Source: a bacterium
GTDB taxonomy: Bacteria > Zixibacteria > MSB-5A5 > GN15 > FEB-12
DNA: 29,116 nt
Direction: 5' to 3'
NCBI GenBank assembly: GCA_043811375.1
Contig: JBDRNJ010000071.1
Span: forward strand, 1 to 29,116
Part shown: in pieces, positions 1 through 8,877 of the stretch
Layout of the letters: every line of letters begins with the position of its first letter
Numbering within the stretch: the first letter of the stretch is position 1
Program-made: the position numbers and the translations under genes
The notes under the pieces: generated by a model
Told to the model about the DNA's origin: nothing
What the model saw: the letters and a program-made list of their open reading frames with translations, nothing else
Database searches by the model: none

Positions 1-141
1 GCGGAGATATTGGAGCAGCGGGAACGAATCAAGACAGAAACAATCAGGAAACGGAGAGAATCATACCGAAAAGCCATTGCAATGAGGCAAAGTGTGTCTT
101 AGCTTAAGGAGCAACGTGTCCGACTTGTTTGACGACATACA
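1..141 (+). mobile_element. Right end of an IS3/IS481-type (rve integrase-core) insertion sequence: transposase C-terminus (1-102) and terminal inverted repeat
   Basis: Frame 1 reads AEILEQRERIKTETIRKRRESYRKAIAMRQSVS* (stop 100-102), which resembles the 'ILxxRERIKxxTIxxRR' tail of these transposases. It is followed by ...TTTGACGACATACA, ending in ACA at 141. Confidence 0.7.
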
Positions 142-753
142 ATCCGTTCAATCTGTTTTGGGCTGACGGCAGTGCTGTTGGTTTCTTGTGGCAGTGACAC
201 AGGAGGACACGGCGCCAGTTCCGAGGAGGTTGCGCAGTTAGTCGCCAAACACAATGTCGTTAGAGACTGGGTCGCGTTATCCTCAGGTATGGGTGACGAG
301 TACCGCTCTTCTGGTCCATACACAATTGAAATCGAAGAGGTAGTGACATCTAACTTAAATGTACCCATTCTGTTTGTCGGCTGGTTGGACGACATATGGA
401 AAACTGATTCCGGCTACACCTGCTACTTTGAGGTTCTGTGGTGTTGGTTCTTCGGCACGATAGTGAACATGGAGTTGCATTGCGACCGCGCGCAGGTGGA
501 CTACTTCTTGTCCTATTCTGACAGTGGAATGTCGATTGCCAGCGGTTACGCTGTTGTAGCTGAATTGTCCGAGTTTTGGCGCCCCAAATTTGGCGTGAGT
601 ACCATGATTGACGAAGAGGACCCATACAGCAGTGAGGTCATAGCTAATTTCCCGATGGTTGTTGTTCTGCGGGGAACTCTGACCGAAGCTCTGTACGTTG
701 AGGATGTCTCTGAATTGAGAGATCACCTGCGTAGCAGAGCCTTAGAGAAATAG
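142..753 (+). CDS. Hypothetical lipoprotein, probably 5'-truncated by the IS
   Basis: The frame is open from the IS end: IRSICFGLTAVLLVS-C-GSD is a signal peptide plus lipobox with no ATG. An in-frame TGA lies at 130-132 inside the IS end. The ORF track starts at GTG 172. Confidence 0.6.
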   Translation: MRSICFGLTAVLLVSCGSDTGGHGASSEEVAQLVAKHNVVRDWVALSSGMGDEYRSSGPYTIEIEEVVTSNLNVPILFVGWLDDIWKTDSGYTCYFEVLWCWFFGTIVNMELHCDRAQVDYFLSYSDSGMSIASGYAVVAELSEFWRPKFGVSTMIDEEDPYSSEVIANFPMVVVLRGTLTEALYVEDVSELRDHLRSRALEK

Positions 754-853
754 TGGGGAACGGTCGGGGAATTAGCTCCACAGGACGAAGTACGTAGTCC
801 AGGAGACAGCCCTTGTTATCAGATCCGGGTAATCAATCTGCCCTGATTCCACC

Positions 854-1207
854 TTAATCCTCCGCAGGGTTTGATGGTGCCGATTTGACAAAGCGCGCTT
901 TCTCCAACGCAGACACGACAAATCCAATCCCGACTAAGATGTCTATAGGTTGCCATGTGGCTCGGCTTAGGTGTACTGGTATGACAGGATTGAAAAGGAG
1001 AGCCACAGCTCCGTATAGCCAAGGCTCTATACGACGCTCTACCGAAGCCGCCCCCCAAGCGCTACCGACGGCAACGGCGCAAACAACCCAACGAAGAAGA
1101 GTATAGTAGTCATAACTATGTGGCTCAGTTGCCCAGAACAGCAGTGCTGCCGCTACTACGTTCGCTCCTGACCAGAGGGCGACTTGGCCCTTCGTGATCC
1201 CTCGCAT
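854..1207 (-). CDS. DUF6804-like small membrane protein
   Basis: Motifs YDYYTLLRWVVC...LLFNPVIPVHLSRATWQPID. GGAGGT RBS precedes ATG 1207 (MRGITK...). Confidence 0.75.
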   Translation of the reverse strand: MRGITKGQVALWSGANVVAAALLFWATEPHSYDYYTLLRWVVCAVAVGSAWGAASVERRIEPWLYGAVALLFNPVIPVHLSRATWQPIDILVGIGFVVSALEKARFVKSAPSNPAED

Positions 1208-1329
1208 CGGTCCACCTCCCACGTTACAGTTTCCAACAGTTCTTTCTGGCGATCCGCGCACACCAGCGGTAACAGGATCGCCGGTATCAATTCGTTGTCT
1301 GACCAGTTGTCTACGCTCCCTACCGCTGG

Positions 1330-1358
1330 AGTATAGACAAACCGGGTTTGGAGGTCAA
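1330..1358 (-). promoter_or_regulatory. sigma70-type promoter TTGACC-17-TATACT
   Basis: Near-consensus hexamers with a 17-bp spacer upstream of the DUF6804 gene, immediately beyond repeat copy A. Confidence 0.7.
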
Positions 1359-1380
1359 ATGGAATTGATGGGGTGGCGCT

Positions 1381-1459
1381 ACCCCCCACCTCCCCCCTCT
1401 GGATGGGACCCAATATATATAAGTGGGTTCCCATGCTTTTGAAATGCGGATGGGTTTTT
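1381..1459. repeat. Junction element copy A
   Basis: C-tract, ATGGGACCCA (1403-1412), 11 nt, TGGGTTCCCAT (1424-1434), then TTTTGAAATGCGGATGGGTTTTT. Confidence 0.9.
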
Positions 1460-1471
1460 GGAATTGGCCAT

Positions 1472-1501
1472 GAAAAGAGGCTCCCCGGATTGAAGAGCCT
1501 C
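1472..1501 (-). terminator. Conserved-loop intrinsic terminator
   Basis: GAGGCTC-cccggattgaa-GAGCCTC with a U-tract on the minus strand, about 30 nt after the stop at 1534. Confidence 0.75.
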
Positions 1502-1533
1502 GCGTGTAGTCCAGTTTGTGTTTGCTGTCGGTG

Positions 1534-2310
1534 CTACGGGCAATCGGCCGGGTCAGGGCCGCCCCGGAAGAGGTAGGCAACCAAATGGCTCAGATCGGCA
1601 ACATCAAACGAATCATCGCCATTCACATCACCCTCTGTGGGACATTGGGGCGGCAGGCCGCCCGTGAAGAGGTACCAAACCAACGAGGTCAGGTCACCCA
1701 CGTTAACATTGCCGTTGTAGTCTACATCACCACGAATCCCGTCAGTGTTGCAGCAGCCAATAGTGAAACAGTGAGGACCATCCCAGGTCGGAGCATAGTG
1801 TTCAGTTAGAGTGGTCCACGCCCAGGTCGACCAGGGCCAGTGCACCATAGTATCCGCCACCGTATCTAAGCAGATTGTCTGGCCCAGCAGAGAAGAGTCG
1901 TCCGGTATTTCAATCGTGATGCTCCAGGCTACATGATCGTAGACAATCCAGAATCCTCCCGCCGAGTCTTCACCATAGAAAGATACTGTGTCAGCGCCGA
2001 TCCCGTCCGTTCCCGAGTGAGAGATTGACCGGTCTCCGAAAGGCAGCCATCCCGGGAGATACCGTCCGTAGGTTGTATCCCAGTAGGCGCCGTCGGGTGA
2101 GTAGAGACGGAAAGCATTATTGTAGACAAACAGACCACCGGTATGGCTGGTGTCAATCTGCACTCTCAGACGAAACTCAACTGTGCGCCCAACAGGAACA
2201 TGGTTGCCGCTCGAAGGGATGGCTTCAGACAGGGATATGGCGTCCTGTGCCTGGCCGGTGGCAGAAAGTGCCAACAGAGCTATCGCCAGCATGGTTGTTA
2301 ACCGCATCAT
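1534..2310 (-). CDS. Secreted protein: cohesin-like beta-sandwich domain plus C-terminal dockerin-like tag
   Basis: Signal peptide MMRLTTMLAIALLALSATGQA; GGAGG RBS before ATG 2310; tail CCNTDGIRGDVDYNGNVNVGDLTSLVWYLF...GDVNGDDSFDVADLSHLVAYLF. The cohesin-like label is inference. Confidence 0.8.
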   Translation of the reverse strand: MMRLTTMLAIALLALSATGQAQDAISLSEAIPSSGNHVPVGRTVEFRLRVQIDTSHTGGLFVYNNAFRLYSPDGAYWDTTYGRYLPGWLPFGDRSISHSGTDGIGADTVSFYGEDSAGGFWIVYDHVAWSITIEIPDDSSLLGQTICLDTVADTMVHWPWSTWAWTTLTEHYAPTWDGPHCFTIGCCNTDGIRGDVDYNGNVNVGDLTSLVWYLFTGGLPPQCPTEGDVNGDDSFDVADLSHLVAYLFRGGPDPADCP

Positions 2311-2343
2311 ATGCCTCCAATCTCTGATTTGTCCCATTACTGT

Positions 2344-3681
2344 CTAAGGGCACGGTGGTGGCGCAGGACCACCCTGGAATAAGTAGGCCACCAGGTACGT
2401 CAGGTCACCGACGTCAATGCCGCCGCTGCCGTCCACGTCGCCTTCGGTCTCGCACGGAGGTGGATCGCCACCCTGGAATAGATAGGCAACAAGGTACGTG
2501 AGGTCGCCGACGTCGATTGCACCGGTGTTATCAACATCACCACGTTTGTCACAACAACCTGGAGGAGGATTGAAAATGGCCAGCCCCTCATTGATTAAGC
2601 GTGTATGGCTGAAAATAAAAGTGTCATTTTCTGGAAGGTTAATAGGGGTTTTCACACTTATAAGGTTGGTGTCTGAATACTGCGGCCTTGCCCAGCTCTC
2701 AAAGATGAGATGATCTGGCTGACCGATTGCTGAATTGACCTCGTTAATCCAATCAATCGCGCCCTCGTAATAGACTTCATCAGTGTACTGCCCAAACAGG
2801 AAGAGTTGGGTCGTGAACGAAAGATCAATCAGGATAGGGGCAAAGGAGATGTTATGGGCATGAAGAAAAGTCTCCAATTCCAGCAGATCTGCCTTTGCCT
2901 GGGCGAGGGTTACTCTACCATAGATTGGTCCCGCATAGTCGATAATCCTGAGTCCGTGCACATCCAGATGAATGAACGGTAGATTGATACCCAGGTTTTC
3001 CAACTCTGCCACATATGTTTTGATTGCTTCGACATCCACCTCGGGATAGAGAATAATCTGCCCAACAATGATAGAGGGGGCTGCGCTGTTCATCAGGGTG
3101 ATAAAGTCCGCAACCATGGCGGCTATTTCAGCTAAACTTTCAGTTTTACATTCGGGTCCCTCGGAAGGAGGGTAGATGGGGGCATACCATCTTCTGATGG
3201 GTTCATCTATGGCTATATAGCGGACTGTTCCCCCATTAGCTTGCACGTTGACAATGGCATCCACTGTCCAGTTGAAGGCGTTTTGCGCAGCTGTCTGCAT
3301 CTCCAAACTACAGTCCGCAGGCGTTCCCGACGGCGTTTGCGGCAAGATGCCCGCGCCCTCAATGCAAATGTCAATCCCCCACTCATCCAATTTGGAGAAC
3401 GCCTGAACCTGGGCAAAATTGGTTAGGATGTTAGAGTTGCAAAGACCGCCCATGCAAGGCCATGAGTTAACATGGTGAGTGAGAAACTGAAACACGTCAA
3501 TTCTTGTTCGGGCGGAATCCCACTGTGCTGGGTTGGTGAATAACTGCAGCATGTCGGCGCTTCCTATGGCGGGTCCATACCACACTTCACCGCTGTCCGC
3601 GGGTTCGCTGTGGACGGAGGGGCACACAATGGTAGATGCGAGCAGAATCAGCATGGCTGTGAGTGAGAATATTGTCTTCAT
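2344..3681 (-). CDS. Secreted protein, putative glycoside-hydrolase-like alpha/beta barrel plus dockerin-like tag
   Basis: Signal peptide; alternating beta/alpha pattern with 'YIAIDEP' and 'LIFESW' acidic strand ends; duplicated dockerin EF-hand tail. The GH call is tentative. Confidence 0.75.
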   Translation of the reverse strand: MKTIFSLTAMLILLASTIVCPSVHSEPADSGEVWYGPAIGSADMLQLFTNPAQWDSARTRIDVFQFLTHHVNSWPCMGGLCNSNILTNFAQVQAFSKLDEWGIDICIEGAGILPQTPSGTPADCSLEMQTAAQNAFNWTVDAIVNVQANGGTVRYIAIDEPIRRWYAPIYPPSEGPECKTESLAEIAAMVADFITLMNSAAPSIIVGQIILYPEVDVEAIKTYVAELENLGINLPFIHLDVHGLRIIDYAGPIYGRVTLAQAKADLLELETFLHAHNISFAPILIDLSFTTQLFLFGQYTDEVYYEGAIDWINEVNSAIGQPDHLIFESWARPQYSDTNLISVKTPINLPENDTFIFSHTRLINEGLAIFNPPPGCCDKRGDVDNTGAIDVGDLTYLVAYLFQGGDPPPCETEGDVDGSGGIDVGDLTYLVAYLFQGGPAPPPCP

Positions 3682-3799
3682 AACTTCAGGGGTGGGTTAC
3701 TCTCATGTCAGTAAGATACATTATATCGATAGATTTACAAGAGAGTATCAGGCAATGGAATCCCTCAGGCGCGTTCCGCAGGAGAAAAGCCAGTAATAT

Positions 3800-3826
3800 T
3801 GGTGGAGGTGGGGGGGATCGAACCCC
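3800..3826 (-). other. 3'-terminal fragment of tmRNA (or a tRNA-Ala-like gene); att-site duplication
   Basis: Minus strand GGGGTTCGATCCCCCCCACCTCCACCA is a T-arm, acceptor 3' strand and CCA. No matching 5' half lies upstream. Confidence 0.75.
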
Positions 3827-3859
3827 ATACTCGCGTTGTGGCACAAGGAGTTACATCCT

Positions 3860-3879
3860 ATTGTGACCATATTGTGACC
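3860..3879. repeat. Tandem direct repeat ATTGTGACC-AT-ATTGTGACC, integrase arm-type site-like
   Basis: Perfect 9-bp direct repeat with 11-bp period, about 35 bp from the tmRNA fragment. Confidence 0.55.
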
Positions 3880-3904
3880 GTTTTTTGATGGTTCCCAATT
3901 CCTC

Positions 3905-4018
3905 CTATGGAGTTCTTTTCGGCTGCTTATTATGCTTCTCTTTTTCCTTTTGTTTCTCTTTGCTTTTCTTCTGTTTCTGACTCTTATCCTTGTCTTTTTT
4001 TCCGCCTTTGTCTCCCAT
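3905..4018 (-). CDS. 37-aa lysine-rich small protein (MGDKGGKKDKDKSQKQKK...)
   Basis: Strong RBS AAAGGAGA 6 nt before ATG 4018; strongly biased basic composition. Confidence 0.65.
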   Translation of the reverse strand: MGDKGGKKDKDKSQKQKKSKEKQKEKEKHNKQPKRTP

Positions 4019-4129
4019 GGAATATCTCCTTTCAGTTTGATCTTGGTCGTTTCGCAACCATCCCGGCACTGGAATAACCAGTACCGGGGGTACGTTGCCG
4101 GACGAGGGCGTCCGAGCCACCCGACCGTT

Positions 4130-4873
4130 TTATTTCTTATCGCCTGTCAGCGATGTGCCCAAATCCTTGAGTTTATCCGTCGCTTCAGTCTTAATCTTCT
4201 CGATACCCTGATCCTTCAAATCGGTGAGGTTCTTCCCGAACCCCGCCGGAAACAAACCGCTCCCGGACGTCAGCGCTTTGGTGATGAGCGTCTTCACCAC
4301 CGTGGCCGTTATCTCGCTTATTTTCGCTCCGTTATCACTGCCGACATCACGCAATGAGAAATTGTCGATCTTAAACGACTTCTCAGTTTTGTTTCCCAGA
4401 AGATCAAGCGAGCCGGTTACGTTTATATCGCGCAGGGCGATCAGACCGATGCGGAATTTCTGGGATTCTCCCGATGATGACATATCCAACTGCTTGATAT
4501 GGTCGAGCAGTACCTGATAATTTCCCTTGTTATCAATCTGTTCGAGATTGAGCGTGATACCCTCGATGATAAACGAGTCCACAATAACTTCATCGTCCAG
4601 CACCGACCCGGCATCGACATCAAACATCCCTTTGCGAAGCATCAGAAAATTATCCGCCGTGAATCCTTCCGGGTTGCTGATCTCGAGGTTGTTTAATTCC
4701 AGACTGCCGCCGCCGATTTCGAGGGAGGCTGAACCGAGGTTGGTTTCCACGCCGAGGGCATAGGCGGAGCCGGTTTCAACCGCTTTTTCGACCAGCATAT
4801 TGCGGACAAAGTATACGACCACCAGCGCGACAATCACCAGGACCACTGCCGAAAGAACCATTTTCTTCAACAT
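4130..4873 (-). CDS. AsmA-family / AsmA-like membrane-anchored protein
   Basis: N-terminal TM anchor, then 'LGVETNLGSASLEIGGGSLELNNLEISNPEGF' and 'DEVIVDSFIIEGITLNLEQ...GN'. GGAG RBS before ATG 4873. Confidence 0.75.
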   Translation of the reverse strand: MLKKMVLSAVVLVIVALVVVYFVRNMLVEKAVETGSAYALGVETNLGSASLEIGGGSLELNNLEISNPEGFTADNFLMLRKGMFDVDAGSVLDDEVIVDSFIIEGITLNLEQIDNKGNYQVLLDHIKQLDMSSSGESQKFRIGLIALRDINVTGSLDLLGNKTEKSFKIDNFSLRDVGSDNGAKISEITATVVKTLITKALTSGSGLFPAGFGKNLTDLKDQGIEKIKTEATDKLKDLGTSLTGDKK

Positions 4874-5078
4874 AGCTACTACTCCGTTTATAAATTTTCC
4901 GCCGAACTCAAACCGCCACCGGCGCATCTGCCACTGCGATGAATATAGGGGTCGACGGTATTGATTTCAATAAACAAAAACTGTCCAGGTTTTAGGATTG
5001 ATTTACGAGCCTGATATGCCATCTTTCTTAGTACCTCTTCCAGACTACTTCCAGCAACTCAAGTAACATTACTTGGAT

Positions 5079-5108
5079 ATGATACTACACAGATGAGCAG
5101 TATGTCAA
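5079..5108 (-). promoter_or_regulatory. sigma70-type promoter TTGACA-18-TATCAT
   Basis: Consensus -35 immediately beyond repeat copy B, pointing to the AsmA-like gene. Confidence 0.55.
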
Positions 5109-5130
5109 CATATTTTATTCACCGCAAGCC

Positions 5131-5207
5131 ACCCCCACGCCCACCCTTTAGGAGTCCCAAGGTTGAGAATGTGGGTTCCCATACGTTTGAAATGTGGACG
5201 GTTTTTT
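5131..5207. repeat. Junction element copy B
   Basis: C-tract, TTT-AGGAGTCCCA (5150-5159), 12 nt, TGGGTTCCCAT (5172-5182), then TTTGAAATGTGGACGGTTTTTT. Confidence 0.9.
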
Positions 5208-5217
5208 CGGAACGGCC

Positions 5218-5254
5218 CAAAACAACGCGAGGCTCCCGGGGGCAGAAGCCTCGC
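5218..5254 (-). terminator. Intrinsic terminator (variant of the conserved hairpin)
   Basis: GCGAGGCT-cccgggggcaga-AGCCTCGC followed on the minus strand by GTTGTTTTG. Confidence 0.7.
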
Positions 5255-5314
5255 TGTTATCCAGTGCGTCGAAAGTGTGCTCGGCGGGTGAAGGGGATTT
5301 GGTATTGTCGATTC

Positions 5315-8300
5315 CTACGGGCAAGCGGCCGGGTCTGGGCCACCCTGGAACAAGTAAGCCACTAACCAGGTCAGGTCACCTACATCAATGCCGCTGCTGC
5401 CGTCCACATCGCCTTCCTCCAGGCAGGGCGGTGTGTCTCCACTCTGGAACAGATAAGCCACCAGGAAAGTAAGGTCACCAACGTCCAGCCCCATGGAGTA
5501 GTCAGCGTCACCGCGAAGGTCGTCATGGTTGCAGCAGTTGCCGGTTGTGAAGGCAGCATAGACGCCGGTTTCTGTAATAGTCGCAGTTACTGACTTGTAG
5601 ACGGTGTCGACACAACCGCCGACCAGTTCCCAGCGGCATATGGCGGCGTGCCATCTGTAAATTCGGAGAGTCGGCGCCAACTGAGTGGCAGCGATGGAGT
5701 CACCAAGGTCCGGGTCGTAGTAGAAAATCCCCAGGCGGTTGGTGCCATAGAGGGGAGCACCATCATGGAAACACCAGGAGATGGCATCTCCGCCTTGAAG
5801 GGCCGGAGCACTGATGCCATCACGTACCGGCGTGTACTGGGTGGAGAGAATAGTGAGGCTCCGTCCGGAGCCGTTGGCAGAATCCAGCGACAGTCGGCAG
5901 CTGCCGCCCGGCCCGGAGCCGTAAAACACGGTATCGGTCTCAATGGTAGTAAGGACAACGAACGGGTTCATTACCGCATACTCGGTGTTAACCGAGTCAT
6001 AGGCATTGAGAATAATCCAGCCGGATCGACCAGGCACATTAGCGACCAGAGCGTGGTATCTGGTGCCGTTGAGAGTCAAGGGGTAGGTTGAGACGTAGTC
6101 GGTGTCATCGGAGACAACAAGGATATAGGGAGTATCAGTCGGGAGGTTGGTGGCATAGAGGCTGAACTCCAGGTCGTCCCCGGAAGGATCGATGGAGTGG
6201 GTGTAGGGATAGTAACCGACGATAGGTTCCATGTCGAGCAGCAGAATACCGGCGCTGTCCACCGGTTGGCCGCTTGATACGAGCCAGCCCTTTTGGTCAG
6301 TGGTATTACGACCGCCACCGCCCTTAGGGCACACGAACGTGCTCCGTCTCTCGGCGAACACCATGCCGCGGGAGGGGTAGAAGCCACGGAGGCGGATCAA
6401 GCCTTCCGGACAGCTACGTCCGGCGTTGATACAGCTGACAACACCTTCCCACGGCCGGAAATCGGTGCACATGGTTACCGGGCAATGGTATACACTGGCA
6501 CCGGTACATGACCCCACGCGGGTTTGCATCAGCGGTTCCGTGGCGCCGTGCTCTTGGGGCCAAATGGTGATATTCATCAGCGCCCCGACATCGTAATCAA
6601 GGTTTGACAGGTCGTCATTGGGACCCGTGAGGTACCCTTGGAGGGTGTACTCTGTTGGAAGGGTGATGTACGCACTCAGGCCAGTTTCACCGATGCCGCC
6701 AAAGCGGTCCTGGAACCAGTCGGCACATCCCATGTGACGGAAATGCCAGTGCTGAGTGTTCTGGCCTAAGGGACAGGCATACTCAACGACGCTGCGGGAC
6801 AGCTCAGTTCCTCGATCGAGGTCGTAGTCATCTTCCATGACTCCGTATACCGGCGTATGGGAGACTCGATGTCCATCGGCATCCTCGTACTCATCCCCAA
6901 AGCCAAAAAGATAGTGTCCCAGCTCATGGACTTTGACTTTGAAGTCGGTGGCTTCAGTCATGTCCAGAGGGTGCTCGTGCGATGTTCCATAAACCGAATA
7001 GAGGGCGCTGTGCCAGAACACTTTGGGAGGCACCTCGATAGACCGACCGGCGCAGGCATACCCTGTGGTCGCCCAGGCACAGAAGTGCCCATCCATTGCT
7101 GCACTGGGAGTAATGTCATTAGCGAGATAGATGCGCATGTCGGCTCGCTCCCAGCGCACCCGATTGTCATAGATGTGTACTTCACCGAGACGGACCTGGC
7201 CGTCGAAGACATCGTAAAGGAAGTTGGACACATGCCGGAGGCCCTCAGCCACACCATCCAAGTATTCCGGACTGGCGTCCCACTGTATGGAGACCGCGAG
7301 ATCAAAGGCCACCTCGGTGTGATCAAGCTGGATAGTCTGTGCGATAGCCGCATTTATCTCATTGTAGGAAACGGCACCGCTACTTTCAGAGAATGAAGCG
7401 TTGTCGACATAGACCTTGGCCAGGGTTGTGGGCAGGTAGTCCGGATGGATGAGTGCATCTTGTACATATATCTGTCTTTGAACTTTAATGGAATCTCCGA
7501 CGCGGAGACAGGCCACAATACGGCCGACATCATTGGTTGTATAGTATCCGAGCAGAGTCTGGGTCATGGCGGGGGGATCGTTAGCGACGCGGTAGACGGT
7601 GAATTCCTTGTTGGGAACGGGATCTCCATCAGCGTTCAGAATGTTCAGTATTTTGACCATAAGGTCTTTGTCAGGACATTGCAGCACGTCCACAGGGATG
7701 AAGGCAGTATTGTTGGATTCATCACATTCAGTAACTTGGTCCCAGTTGTCTACCACCACTCCGAGGTTCGCCGGACCCACAGGGTAACCGACGGAGATGC
7801 TCATAGCGGGGTTGATACTTATGCCGGACGTATCATTGGGCTGCACGATGGGGATGACCTCGACGCCGGTCAGGAGCAACGAATCGGTACTGGTGATGAC
7901 AGTATCCTCGGAAAGGTAAAAAGCAACGTAGTTGGTGTCATTGGCGGTGTCGCCGACGTTTTCGACCACGAGTTCAAGACGGGGGCCGACAGCTTCGCCG
8001 GGAAAGACAGCCGGAGGTTCGGCCAAGGTGAAGTGGTGTACTCTCAGGTCAGGACAGGCGGCGGACTCAACGATATCATAGCAGTAGGGGCCTCCCCAAC
8101 TGGGGGTGGTGGTATCACTACCGGACAATTGCCAGATCCACAGTCCGTTCAGTGGGAACCAGGACGAGTCGAGGCACAGTTTCTTGCCAATATGCGAGTC
8201 GTCAACTTGGGTCGTGATGGTCAAAACTACATCGTTGTAATCCATGGGGAGACAATTGGCCAGGGACGCGGCGCTGAGGGCGATAGTGTCGTCGTTGGTG

Positions 8301-8602
8301 CCATCGACGCTGTATCCATTAGTTAACACGAGAAGGTCGAAATACATGTCAAGGCCGCCGGCGGTGTCGTAGGTTGGTATCGTCCAGGCGGCATTTTCGG
8401 GTGAGTAGAGGCGGATGCCGTGGGTAATGCCGACCAGGGTCGTATCGGCATCATTATGCAGGTGGACATTGAAGGTAATAGACTCATTGGGAATGATCGT
8501 ACTGCCGGGTCCAGCTCCGGGGCCAGTCGCTGATATGGTGACACCAGCCCCTATGTCGGAGGGCATCATAAGCGCTGCTACCGTCAGGATGCCGGCCTTC
8601 AT
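5315..8602 (-). CDS. Secreted multidomain metallopeptidase: cohesin-like domain, CARDB, CLCA-like HExxH peptidase and dockerin-like tag
   Basis: Signal peptide from MKAGIL (start uncertain; the ORF extends to 8656). CARDB end 'VTECDESNN'; 'HELGHYLFGFGDEY' matches the CLCA HExxHxxxGxxDEY motif; dockerin tail. Confidence 0.8.
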   Translation of the reverse strand: MKAGILTVAALMMPSDIGAGVTISATGPGAGPGSTIIPNESITFNVHLHNDADTTLVGITHGIRLYSPENAAWTIPTYDTAGGLDMYFDLLVLTNGYSVDGTNDDTIALSAASLANCLPMDYNDVVLTITTQVDDSHIGKKLCLDSSWFPLNGLWIWQLSGSDTTTPSWGGPYCYDIVESAACPDLRVHHFTLAEPPAVFPGEAVGPRLELVVENVGDTANDTNYVAFYLSEDTVITSTDSLLLTGVEVIPIVQPNDTSGISINPAMSISVGYPVGPANLGVVVDNWDQVTECDESNNTAFIPVDVLQCPDKDLMVKILNILNADGDPVPNKEFTVYRVANDPPAMTQTLLGYYTTNDVGRIVACLRVGDSIKVQRQIYVQDALIHPDYLPTTLAKVYVDNASFSESSGAVSYNEINAAIAQTIQLDHTEVAFDLAVSIQWDASPEYLDGVAEGLRHVSNFLYDVFDGQVRLGEVHIYDNRVRWERADMRIYLANDITPSAAMDGHFCAWATTGYACAGRSIEVPPKVFWHSALYSVYGTSHEHPLDMTEATDFKVKVHELGHYLFGFGDEYEDADGHRVSHTPVYGVMEDDYDLDRGTELSRSVVEYACPLGQNTQHWHFRHMGCADWFQDRFGGIGETGLSAYITLPTEYTLQGYLTGPNDDLSNLDYDVGALMNITIWPQEHGATEPLMQTRVGSCTGASVYHCPVTMCTDFRPWEGVVSCINAGRSCPEGLIRLRGFYPSRGMVFAERRSTFVCPKGGGGRNTTDQKGWLVSSGQPVDSAGILLLDMEPIVGYYPYTHSIDPSGDDLEFSLYATNLPTDTPYILVVSDDTDYVSTYPLTLNGTRYHALVANVPGRSGWIILNAYDSVNTEYAVMNPFVVLTTIETDTVFYGSGPGGSCRLSLDSANGSGRSLTILSTQYTPVRDGISAPALQGGDAISWCFHDGAPLYGTNRLGIFYYDPDLGDSIAATQLAPTLRIYRWHAAICRWELVGGCVDTVYKSVTATITETGVYAAFTTGNCCNHDDLRGDADYSMGLDVGDLTFLVAYLFQSGDTPPCLEEGDVDGSSGIDVGDLTWLVAYLFQGGPDPAACP

Positions 8603-8672
8603 CAGGCCTCTCAAAGGGATAGCTTCTTCCATGGCATTGGTCCTCGCAGGCATCACCCTTAGTAATCACCGT

Positions 8673-8700
8673 AATCTACTAAGAAACGCTCATTTGTCAA
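8673..8700 (-). promoter_or_regulatory. sigma70-type promoter TTGACA-16-TAGATT
   Basis: Consensus -35 immediately beyond repeat copy C. Confidence 0.55.
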
Positions 8701-8714
8701 GGAGTTACGGGCAT

Positions 8715-8785
8715 ACCACCCCCCTTTCGATGGGACCCATTTTACGAAGTTGGGTTCCCATCGGTCTCAAATGTCTACGGTTTTT
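8715..8785. repeat. Junction element copy C
   Basis: CCCCCCTTTCG-ATGGGACCCA (8730-8739), TTTTACGAAGT, TGGGTTCCCAT (8751-8761), ...AAATGTCTACGGTTTTT. The core is almost identical to copy E. Confidence 0.9.
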
Positions 8786-8796
8786 CAGATTCACCC

Positions 8797-8832
8797 AAAA
8801 CAACACGAGGCTCCTCGGATTGAAGAGCCTCG
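8797..8832 (-). terminator. Conserved-loop intrinsic terminator
   Basis: CGAGGCTC-ctcggattgaa-GAGCCTCG with a minus-strand TGTTGTTTTG tail. Confidence 0.75.
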
Positions 8833-8877
8833 CTGTCATCCACCGCGCCGATAGCGTGCTCGGCGGCTAAAGGGGAT

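Noticed and set aside
1373..1576. Short ORFs over the junction elements sharing 'RLPGLKSL'-like peptides (also 5093-5365, 8415-8870, 13862-14410)
   Set aside because: The similarity comes from translating the conserved terminator; starts, lengths and frames are inconsistent.
3800..3890. Intact tRNA gene
   Set aside because: Only the T-arm and 3' acceptor strand are present; there is no D-arm, anticodon arm or 5' strand.
7445..8326. 293-aa plus-strand ORF (likewise 27877-28773 and other shadow ORFs)
   Set aside because: These are antisense or alternate-frame overlaps of well-supported genes and have no recognisable motifs.
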